Assembly: GCF_030684315.1 (NCBI RefSeq)
Contig: NC_081369.1
Span: forward strand, 9,524,035 to 9,588,034
Origin: Stegostoma tigrinum
Taxonomy: Eukaryota
Direction of reading: 5' to 3'
Length of the DNA stretch: 64,000 nucleotides
Numbering within the stretch: position 1 is the stretch's first letter; each line of letters begins with the position of its first letter. A program made the position numbers and the translations under genes. This document shows positions 1-10,700 of the stretch, piece by piece. The notes under the pieces are model-generated. The model saw only the letters and a list, made by a program, of their open reading frames with translations. It was not told the origin of the DNA and searched no databases.

Positions 1-377
1 GCAATACCGACATTTCTCCACAGGAGATTTTGGCTTTATTTCTGTGTTGTGTCATGTCAACTCAGGTTTGTGAATAGTGGGTGATAACATTCAACAGAGA
101 TATAAGACATTACATTGATGTCATTACATGGAACGTTATCTACAGTAAAACGAAAATGCATTCAAGTATTTGTTTTATGTTCCGCTAAAGGTTTTTATGA
201 ATGAAAACTTTCTCACAAAATCTACTGCTATAATTTTTATATGAACTGAGTCAATATATTTCTCTGATTGTGGTTTCGCAATACTATGGTATTATCTGGT
301 TTGTACAAAGTTCTGAATTCAACAAACACAGAAGCTATGCTACCTGCTAAAAATCAGCATGCTACCTACTGAAAATC

Positions 378-740
378 AGGGTAGCTGATGGCCTGGTGGA
401 ATTATCATCAGACTGTTAATCTAGAGACCCAAACCATGTTCGGGGGACCTGGGTTCGAATTTCCCCACGTCAGATGGTGGAATTTGAACTCGATACGTAC
501 TTGGAGTTACGAATCTAATGGCTATGAGTACATTGTCGATGGTGAGTTGAAAAATCCTTCTGGTTCACTGATGCCCCTTAGGCAATGAAACTACCGTCCT
601 TACCTGGTCTAGTGTACATGTAACTACAGCCCCACAGCAATGTGGCTGACTCTTAACTGCCCTCTGGACAATTAGGAATGCGTAATAGATGCTGACCTAG
701 CCAGTGATTCTCGCATCGTGTGAATTAATAATAATAATAA
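378..740 (+). mobile_element. tRNA-derived SINE with LINE-type 3' tail
   Basis: B-box-like GGGTTCGAATTTCCC near 450, a body typical of abundant shark SINEs, and a tail ending in an (AAT)n run at about 727-740. Family assigned by recognition only. Confidence 0.6.
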
Positions 741-1576
741 ATCCTGCTTTTTTCCCCTTGGTAAGTGATATTCTCAGGTCAGTGATTTGATTTCTGTTGT
801 ATTTTGCAGTCTTGTGACTGCCAGTCTTGTTTATATTACTGATATGAGATGGTTGAAGGTTCAGTCTATGGAACAATCCAAGAATCTCCTGTTTCCGATT
901 CCCCCCCCCCCACCTTTTTGCTAATTTTAACCGTTTACCTAACTCTTATGTATTTATGTGGAATCATAAAATATCAAACCTTTTCTGGGATCTGACACTT
1001 TTCAAAGAATCATCCAAATGATTCCTCAAACAGCGCAGTTTTCTAATTTTGAATTTATAACTAATTCTTCACGTATTCTGCTTGCAATAGCGATTACACT
1101 TCGGTATTCCTTTGCCCTTTAATTAAAGAATCAATTGAATCGACTTAAGTTATGTGCCATTTTAAACTATTGTTAATTCAAAGTTATTATGATACAAAGT
1201 AAAACGAAATTTCTTTACTGGAATCTATGAAGCTATGATTTGATTGGGCACAGCTCTCTGCCAAAGGTACCGTGTTTTATTTTGCCACAATAGATTTTCC
1301 TGTAGCCATCTATTGTTTCAATATCAAAGCGATACAAATCATCGTGACAATGCATGAACAGAAGTGGTGGTCTACGTTAAAGACCACTGGACCACTGGAC
1401 ATATTGACCACATCAATATGTGGGTGAAATGTTAGCTTGACAGAATGCTGGATATTTTTTAACTTGATTGACGTAATCATCCGTAAAACCAATATCGACA
1501 ATGGTCAGATGCTAATCAAGCTTGCTAGTTGCTAACCAACCAACACATTTAATGCTAAGTTTAATTTTGTTTATAG

Positions 1577-2086
1577 CAGGATACTGACAATATGTCTGGT
1601 GACGAATAGTAACAGCTTTGCCTCTGCATGTTTTGGTACTATATCTACACACACTGTTCAGATCCTACAAATATGCCATTTCATACTTTTCTGTCTAAAT
1701 TTTCAAAATGTTTTCTTGATATTGCCGAAAATGTGAGTGCTTCAGCTTATATGATATCGATTTCCATTTTAGACAATCCATTTCCTTGTTCAAAACATTT
1801 TGACTGCTTGTGGAGAATTGGTCTGTTTTCTTATCCCAATCCCAATATTCCTCTGTGCATAGCGTATTTTAAATTTAACCATGTTTGGGTTTGGTTCGTT
1901 ATATAAATTGCAGCCTCTCTAATATTCGGCGCTGAGGACAAGTCAGCACATTTCCTTTACTCAACAAGAAATTTTAGAGTAAGACAAAGTACTGACATAA
2001 AGAGGGAACGTTATTGACAAGTATCGTATTGTTAACAACAAACCTATCCTTAATAAATCTATTACAGGAAGATCAACCTCTTCTGA
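1577..2086 (+). pseudogene. Possible decayed hinge/TM exon plus short terminal exon of an upstream receptor gene
   Basis: An acceptor-like TTTATAGCAG is followed by an open frame ...ACFGTISTHTVQILQICHFILFCLNFQNVFLILPK and a GTGAGT donor at 1733. A phase-2 join to the acceptor at 2068 gives MKINLF*. The entry phase does not fit a normal phase-1 Ig junction. Confidence 0.3.
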
Positions 2087-2499
2087 GGAGAAAAAAGATG
2101 AAAAATCAGAAGTCTTTTAACTTTAACACACTTTGTTCAAGTGACAGTTTAATGAAAAAAAGTAAGAAATCACAAGTTATCCCATTTACTGTTCTGATTC
2201 AGTAATTAATCTACACACACCGAAGCTGCTCGAACTGACTGTCTTCCTTGAACCACTGCAATTGGCTGATTTCTCTTTACGATGATAATGACCTCGATTT
2301 CAAGAGAATCCTCTTTAGGAACCACTTCGCAGCGATAAAAATGACTTTTGATGGTCACCAACTCTCACACATATTTGGGAAGAGTTTCAAAGAAGGCAAG
2401 TGTAATAATTGGCTATTGCATTGAACGTTTTAGGAGGCTTACACTCAAATCTGAATATGAGTTTGCTACTTTAACATATTGAGGCAGTTCTTTGCAAGT

Positions 2500-2870
2500 T
2501 CGATTAACGAGAGGACACCTTATGAAAACATTAAGAAAGCGTTTCTTTGGGAACTTCACGGTACAACGCGAATGCGATGTTTGACTTCGCAAGAGAATTA
2601 GGACCAGAGGAGCATAATTTCAGGGTACAGGAATGGTCATTTAAGACACACATTAGATCTTTTTTTCATCCAGAGGGCAGTGAATCTCTGGAATTCTGTG
2701 CCACAGAGCATTACTGAGGCAAACTGAAGGCTGACACAGGCAGGTATCTGGACCAAGGGCTAAAGGAACATGGCAAAAGGAGAACTCGAGGATTAACAGG
2801 CCAACAATGATCTAATTGATTGGAATGATAGAGTCAATGGGTTGAATGGCTTAATTCGGCTGTTATGATT
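2500..2870 (+). mobile_element. CR1 LINE 3' fragment (old)
   Basis: Decayed RTRGH..FF.QRAVNLWNS-type ORF2 C-terminus followed by the CR1 3'UTR. Confidence 0.7.
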
Positions 2871-3703
2871 TATAATTGATTAAGTTTTGAGCAGGAGGAA
2901 TAGACAGACATGAGCATTTCATGAGAGAAAAAGCAAATACTGACATTACATGATGTAATAAAAATACACTTTAGCTATAGAAATTGGAGAAAATTACAGT
3001 CATGAAGTCCATCAAGGAAATTTTAAAGTTTCTATTGATTCTCCTTATGGAATAGGAAGAAAAGAATGTGAAGGTATTGATATGTCAATTGACATATCAT
3101 TGGGTGAAATGAAGTGGCAAATGCCACTTGGATATTGCCTCTGCAGAACAGATGGCAGATAGAATATTTGCAATTTTGTATCCCCATCGAAGAGGTTTAT
3201 ATGAATTGTGATGCAATGAGCAAGCTTGTATCGAGTGCATGCGTCTTAGTTCCTGAAGCATGCTGGCAAAAATATCGAAATCCAAAGACCGAAAATGTCA
3301 GGGATCAACATGAAACGACCTAGACACAATAGCCGACATGATGCTGTCACCATCTCAATATGGCATAAAAACAATTAATGTACAGCAGCATTGACTGGAT
3401 GAGTATGGAAGCGATGTATCTCCAAATAAAACACGAGACAAAGCATGTCCAGCAGGTGGTGCTAAGTGCTTTATATCTGGCCATTTGGAACAATCTAAGA
3501 AATATCATGAAGAACAACAACTGCAAAACCTCAGTGAAGAAAGGCCAGGGGAAAGAAAATCCAGTTTAATTGAAATGAATAAAAACAAATATCATTCCGA
3601 GGAATTACTGAGACAGGATAAGGAGAAAGACAACTTTCCTAGGTAAAGTCAAACAGAATGAAACCAGAAAATAGATCATCATCTTAAAGTCGCAGTTTAA
3701 TTT

Positions 3704-4006
3704 TAGATTACCTACAGTGTGGAAACAGGCCCTTCGGCCCAACAAGTCCACACCGCCCCTTGGAACATCCCACCCAGACTCATCCCCCTATAACTCACAC
3801 ACTCCTGAACACTATTAGCAGGGCGAATCCACCTAGCCTGTACATCTTTGGACTGTGGGAGGAAACCGGAGCACCCGTAGGAAGCCCACGCAGACACTAG
3901 GAGAATGTGCAAACTCCACACAGACGGTTACCCGAGGCTGGAATCGAACCCGGGTCCCTGGTGCTGTGAGGCTGCAGTGCTCACCACTGAGCTACCTTGC
4001 CGCCCC
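3704..4006 (-). mobile_element. HE1-type V-SINE, near full length
   Basis: V-SINE core TTTGGACTGTGGGAGGAAACCGGAGCACCC...GAATGTGCAAACTCCACACAG, with the tRNA head at the right end and a CR1-like tail at the left end. Confidence 0.9.
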
Positions 4007-4049
4007 AAAACGAGATTCCTCGAAGCTCAGCCCTAACCAGGGCAGTAAC

Positions 4050-4122
4050 TGGCTGCACCCGGAGTTGAACTCGGATCGCAGAGCTCAGAAGCCAGCGTGC
4101 TGACCACTATACCACAGCTGCC
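4050..4122 (-). pseudogene. tRNA-Gln(CTG)-like pseudogene or isolated tRNA-derived SINE head
   Basis: Minus strand reads GGCAGCTGTGGTATAGTGGTCAGCACGCTGGCTTCTGAGCTCTGCGATCCGAGTTCAACTCCGGGTGCAGCCA. A and B boxes and a CTG anticodon position are present, but the acceptor and anticodon stems have several mismatches. Confidence 0.55.
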
Positions 4123-4489
4123 AGATTCTGTCGTACAGGCAAGCACTTTACCATCGCTGATGTGTGTGACAGTCAGGCAAATTAATACAAAGATAACAAG
4201 ATAGACGTGTTGAAAATATAAATAGAAATAACTGAACATGAGTTAGAAGCCAATTCAGGGACATCTTTGCAGAGTGGCCACGTTTGGTAACTCCATATTC
4301 AAGGGTTTTCAGTCTCCTGGAAGAATAGGCAAAATTGTAAAGGAGATGAAGTAGTTTTGTTCACGAAGGCGAGTATCAGTGTACAACCTGGAGTGGATTC
4401 AGTTCAAGTGAAAATGCAAAATAGCACGGCAAAGACTTCATGGCTGGGGCTTTTCTACATGCCACTGATTTGCTTCACTATTGGGCATT

Positions 4490-5170
4490 TTGCGCTGTAA
4501 GTACAGTAGACTAGATTCGGAGAAGCGGTGCTTCACTTGGAAGGTGTGTCAGAGACCTTGGATATTGAGGAGGAAGGAAGTAAATGGTCAGGCATTACAC
4601 CTTCTGTGCACAAGATGAAGGGTCTAGGCCTGAAACGTCAGCTTTTGTGCTCCTGAGATGCTGCTTGGCCTGCTGTGTTCATCCAGCTCCACACTTTGTT
4701 ATCTGGCACGTAAGTAAGCGACTGGTTCTCGCATCCTGTTGAACGGAGTGGAAATGGCAGTTTACAGACCTTTGGGTGTGGGTTCTGGTGATCACAATGT
4801 CGTCGCCTCTACATTGCAGAGATTTTTTAATGATTGAGATTAGATTAGATTCCCTACAGTGTGGAAACAGGCCCTTTGGGCCAACAAGTCCACACTGCCG
4901 GTTGAAGCATCCCACCCAGACCCATCCCCCATAACCTGAAGCGCAGACTGAGGAATTGATTTGAAGAACATGTGCGTTTTGTCTGCAAAAATGATCTTGA
5001 ACTTGCTGTTGCCGATCACTTCAATACGCGAGTGTTCGCTTGCGAGTATCTTTGAATCGGGCTTGCTGCAGAGCTCCAGCGAAGTTATTGCAAGCTGGAT
5101 GAGTAACATCTCATTTTCTGTCTTGGGACACTGGAGCCCTCAGAACTCAATATAGACTTCAATCCTTTAA
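4490..5170. mobile_element. Nested Penelope-like fragments with an HE1 SINE 3' fragment (about 4838-4935)
   Basis: Penelope terminal repeat (GATGAAGGGTCTAGGCCTGAAACGTCAGC at about 4614) and decayed similarity to the Penelope body at 10.7-11.0 kb; HE1 tail GATTAGATTCCCTACAGTGTGGAAACAGG. Confidence 0.6.
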
Positions 5171-6019
5171 AAGGATAAGTACCTTCTCCCCTCTCCTTAC
5201 CCCAAACTGCAAACAACATGAGCTGCTATCATAACCAACCCATTGTAAGCTACCAATGGTCCAGGTCATGAGGAAGAAGCTGATTTTGGAAGAAATGCTG
5301 ACAAGAGTGTACAAAGTTATTAGAAGTTTTAGTAAAATTGAAACAAAAGAATCACAATGCTCTGTAAAATAGTCTAACGCACCTGCTTGCATTGTGCCAG
5401 GAATTTCCACATTGCTTGATTACAATGAAGATTTTTTCCTGAGCAGGATATTTTGTGATCTAGGTAGTTTAAAATCAATATTGTCAGGGGCATTGATGCA
5501 CACATGTAGAGCAGATGAGCCGCGAAGCTGGCCTGCCTGGCTTACAGTTAAGGAAGCTATTGTGCAACACTAGATCGCTACCCCATGTCCTCCATTGCAT
5601 CTACACAAATTAAGTGCACGTGTTTTTATGGTTGCATAATTTAGCAAATATTTCGAATTAATGATTCTCCAAAGGGAGAGTCACCCTTTATTTGGACGGA
5701 GTGCTTCGCACCACTTCTCATAAGGAAAACATGCAGGTTGCGCCCTCGAGATGCAACGTACCGCTGCATTTTGTCTTTTTTTTCTTTTTCACTATTACTT
5801 CATCAGAATTTGTTGCATTTCTCCGCTCAATTCAACGTGTTTTCTGCTCAGTTTTCAGTCTGTCACATCAAACTCAAATGACTCCATTCGAAGGCGCATG
5901 TCTGTTATAAATCCCTATGACAGTGGCTGGTAATATAATCACCATTTCTCGATGGATCCTGCCCTTCGGCATTTCAAACTATTGATAATGCTCTGCAGCT
6001 TCTCCTCTATTATCCATTA

Positions 6020-6300
6020 CAATCAGGTTGCATTCATTGTCAGGCCGTGGAACAATATCAGAAAGTATAGTTCTGAGAGAAGTTTGTTCACCCAGACATT
6101 GTGAGCCTGTGGAATATTCTGTAACAGAAAGCAGTTGAATGTTTTCATGAAGGCGTTAGATCCCCTTTTCTGAGGGATAAAGAGGTCAAAGAGTGTGGGA
6201 AGGAAACAGGAACAGGGTATGAATTGGATCATCGGCCACGATCATATTGGATGGAAGAGCAGGCTTGCAGAGCCAAATGGCCTTAACCCTGCTCCTATCT
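6020..6300 (+). mobile_element. CR1 LINE 3' fragment
   Basis: FTQ..V.LWN motif and CR1 3'UTR stem (GGCC...CCTGCTCCTAT). Confidence 0.65.
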
Positions 6301-7371
6301 GTACCAACCTGGGTTTCGAAAAGGCAGAACATATCTAATTTATATGATTATGACTTTACTAAAGAATGGGCAATGTTGATGAGGACAATGCGAGTGTTTT
6401 GGTATCTGTGTAATTTCTAAACATTTCAAACACTGTTACAAAATAGGGCAGATAACAGGCCCGTTATTCATGGAATCAAAGCAAAATGGTCGTAGTCGCA
6501 GCAATGTCAGATACCAGAGAGAATCGCAAGCATACAATGTCAAATTAAAGGAACACTTTCAAATGGAGTTCTGCAATTGGGAGGACCTGAGACTATCTGC
6601 GCACTGCTTGGTGAAATTGGCAATGTTCAGAGAGCAAATGATTAGTGTGATATCCAATTTCAACGGCGTTACTATAATGATAATAACAGTGTACCAAGGC
6701 AAGGATATTGTGGCGCAGAATTTGCAAGAATGATAAAAAGAATTGAAATTCTTGGCGTTTTGTGGAACGATTTAAATTCCAACTTCAAGCTGCACTCAAT
6801 TGATTATTTTAGAAGTGCATTCATTGTCATTAAAAAGAAACGCGGCAATCGACGTGCGCTGCCAAAATCTGCGAAAAGCAATCAGCTAAAAATATCAGGG
6901 AGTCTCTGTTTTTATGATGATCGGAGCATAAATACTAGAAAGAACGCCAATAATTCCACAACTCTACTTTCATAAAATGAACTCAATGGATTGCTTAACA
7001 TTTGTTCGACCTTGCACAAAGTTTAAAGTTGCATTGGAAATCCGGCATCCCTGCCGTTACAGCGTGCCAACGTGTCTGTCCTGGTTTTTGTGTTGCTTTA
7101 CAGAACTGTATCTTCCACCCAGAAAATTTTAGCACTGAGGAAAAATTCCAACTCACTGAGAGATTACTTCCCAAAAATTTGCCTGATTCCATGGATGGAA
7201 ATGAGTGGTGAAGCCCCGTCTATTGCCGTTCAAGACGAAAAAGTTGAGAATTCAAACCACGAGAGTTCTGAAGGGAATGCATAATGGCCAACTGAGCCCA
7301 TTGACAGAAACTCCAAGCATCAAAGCCTCCGATTATCGAAAACGTGAAAACGATGCTACGTGATCAACATC

Positions 7372-7711
7372 TGTGGTCAAGACCTGGATGTCCTCATTAA
7401 AACAGTGATGGAGCCAGATCTACCTGCGTTTAGAAAGAATATGGGCATTAGCAGCGTTAGTTAACTCTGCATTTGAAAATCAAATGTCTTTTGCTCTTTT
7501 GCATTACTTGATAAACACGATTTCAGACGTGACATACACACAGAAACTGCAAAATAGCATTGACCATACGAGACTCAAATTACCGACCGCACTCACAGGA
7601 TGTTAAACGTCATTGCCACGTATCTGATACAGTGAGCAAACTGGAAACCCGTCTTAGCAGTTACTAAAGCGCGTAGCTGCACAGCGTGGTTAGAACAAAC
7701 CATCATTAATA
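7372..7711 (+). promoter_or_regulatory. Putative proximal promoter/5'UTR of the VJ-C1 receptor
   Basis: Lies directly upstream of the ATG at 7712. RUNX-type sites TGTGGT (7372) and ACCGCA (7586) sit next to an ETS-like CAGGAT (7596). The last ~40 nt resemble the sequence upstream of the paralogous leader at 35339. Short motifs are weak evidence. Confidence 0.3.
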
Positions 7712-7766
7712 ATGCCAGCGAGGATGATTTTTTTCTGCCTGACACTACTCGAGTTTATTCTTGCTG
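7712..7766 (+). CDS. Exon 1, signal peptide MPARMIFFCLTLLEFILA
   Basis: ATG plus a hydrophobic core, 55 nt, with a phase-1 donor G|GTACTT that matches the phase of the V exon. Confidence 0.85.
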
Positions 7767-10700
7767 GTACTTTGGTTTTTGATTCACAGAACTGCTTTAA
7801 TTCATTAAAGACTTTCGATGCAGCTCCTCCTTCCATTAAATAATCTTAATTCATCTATCTTGTTAAGAACTTAACTCTCCTATCTTTATGCCGAATACGA
7901 CAGTTAACTATGTTTTATTTTGTTTCTGACAGCTGCGGACCACACTTGTTTTAGGGTTACTCAAATACCTAAAAGAGCAGCTGCGAACAGACGGGAAGAC
8001 ATTACCTTCTACTGTACATTCTCCATTTGTCAGCAAAGTTCAAAGCCAAATGTAATTTGGTGGAAGCAGGTTGGGAATGAACGTGTTCAGATTGAAGCCA
8101 GTGGTAGACAACAATTTGGATTTGAAAATGAAGCAACAGCGTTCCTTAGCTTGCTGCGCGTTGATATCCAAGATTCTGGACATTATCACTGCACGGTGAA
8201 TTACCAAGGAATCGGTCAAAGAAGCGGAACCCCGTCCCAGCTATTTGTGCGTGGTAAGTGAGAGCGACACTGTCTGAAATAATTTGAAATAACAAGATAT
8301 TTCCTGATCGCTGATTTCACCAATATTCGCGGTTAAATCGTGTCCAGTTATCATTTATACAGGAACCTACCCTTGATATTTCAGTTCCGTTGAAAAAAAG
8401 TAAAATTACACGATCAATATCACCGGTAGAAAACTGAAGCTTTTATAAATATTAACAATTTACGCTGTAATTCTAAAGACAGCCTATACACTATGTGCTT
8501 TTTGCCGATATACAAAACTTCCGATGTACATAGGCAACAAGAAACCGCTTTGTCAGGCTATTCGTCCACAATTCTTAGTCCCTGGTATGTTATTGAAGTC
8601 GTGTGACTGCCCGACAATTATTTTTTCTGAGATTGAAGATTCTAGAAATTTATTCTCACATTAATTTCACGTCATAATTTGAAAATCAGCATGAACTTAT
8701 TTCATGAGTGAAGGAATCGATGCAAAAGAAACACAGTTTGACAGATACAAGTAGGTACAATCACTGACCTAGAATAAATAAAACAACGCAGAGAATCTGT
8801 AGCAATAACAAATTTGCTGGAAAAGCTCAGCAGGTCTGGCAGCATCTGTGGAGGACAAAACAGAGTTAACGTTTCGGGTCCGGTGACCCTTCCTCAGAAC
8901 TTAAAGTTCAACTGATTCAATGTGTTTTGTCAATTGAAATGCCTTGTTTTTGAAATCCGACTGATACAGTGATCTTGGGGTAATCGGCAATCTGCAACTT
9001 CACCGCCGTTATGCACTTGAGCTTAAAAAAAACACCAGGGCAGACGAGCACAATTTGCTTTGTTCCTTTCTTGTGCGCAAGCTCAATTTAATTAATTTAT
9101 TCAAATATGCGACATAAGCATTGCGAAGCATTTTGTAGTTTTGTTCTGCCGAGGAAGGCCAAGTATTGGATTTGATAATTCAAGTAAAAATGGATAAAAG
9201 CCGCTGCCTGGAGAGCTATTTGTTTCATTAACTGAATGCTTGTGCATAAAATTAAGTTGAGAAGAAACTGCACTTCTGAGCATTGTATTTCTAGGAAAGC
9301 ATAGCGTCTGTAAATCAGCCTCAAATTTAACAATTTCTGATTTGTTCCAGTAACTTGGCTTTGTTCAATCTCTGCTTGCAGTTGCTCCAGTCCCACTGAA
9401 AATTACGCCCAAGTTTCACGAAGAAAATTCACTTGTGTCTTTGACCCTTCTGTGTGAAACAGCTGCATTTTATCCGGAGGATTTCACCCTCGCCTGGTAT
9501 AAAAACGGCACGAAAACTACAGTCGGTATAAATACGAGCAAGGTGCAGAACAGTGAGGGACTGTATGAAGTATCCAGTTCTTTGGTTGATCCTCATCCTC
9601 CCTCAAGTAATCTCAAGTATACCTGTGAAATATCTCACATCTCCCTCAAGACGCCTGCTGTTGTAACCCACAGTATTTCCACATTTGGCGGATTCCAAAA
9701 AGGCGAGTTAGTTGCTGTCAGTTTTGTTACGAAATGCATCGTAGAATAGTGCAACGTGTGGGCCTAATCCGCAGTGGTTTCATGGAGATGTATTTAAATG
9801 TATTATACTAAGTTGACATCTCTGTTGTAAGAGCATCAAAACTTATTTGGTATTCTATTTCTTTGACTTTTGAAATAGTAATTATGTTCAGAATTGAGCT
9901 GATCTATCCATTTGTTTCTTCCTATCATTTTGTCCACGTTCACCTTCTTTGCCCAAGCTATGCCTACCTCTTTGTAGGTTACGTGGCACAATCCCTCTTC
10001 TGTACCTACACTGGTCCTAAACATCACTTTTTCCTCTGTTACATTGATGACTGCATTGCCATCTCCTTGTGCTCCCATGAGGAGCTCGAGCAGTTCATCC
10101 ACTTCACCCACAGACTCCCACAGCTACCTGGAATACACCTCCTCCCACCCACCTTCCTGCAAAAATGCCATTCCCTCCTCCCAATTCCTTTGTCTCTGCC
10201 ACATCTGCTCCGAGGATGAGGCATTCCACTCCCGTACATCTCTGATGTCCTCGTTTTTCAAGGATCGCAACTTCCCTGCTCAATGGTTGAGAATGCCCTC
10301 GACGGTGTCTCCCGCATTTCCCACAACTCATCCCTCACACATCCTCCCTGCAAAAACAACCAAAACAGAATCCCCCTCATCCTCATGTACCACCTCACCA
10401 ACCTCCTGATCCAATGCATCATCTTCCGACACTTCCGCCATCTGCAATCCGACCCCACCCTTAAAGACGTTTTTCCCACCCTCATCTGCTTTTTGGAGGG
10501 ACCACTCTCTCCATGAATCCCTCGTCCGCTCCACACTCCCCTCCAGCGCTACCACACCGACACTTTTCCCTGCAACCACAGGAAGTGCTACACCTGCCCC
10601 TACACCTCCCCCTTCACCCTCATCTCAGGTCCCAAGAAGACTATCCACATCAAGCAGATGTTCACCTGCACATCTGCTAATGTGGTATACTGATCCACTG

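Noticed and set aside
5751-5940. INPYDSGW*Y resembling an Ig DSGxYxC motif
   Set aside because: There is no Cys and no upstream Cys/Trp framework; compatible with chance.
7002-7284. Acceptor-like TTGCTTTACAG and short overlapping ORFs upstream of the receptor
   Set aside because: No recognisable domain and no linkable upstream exon.
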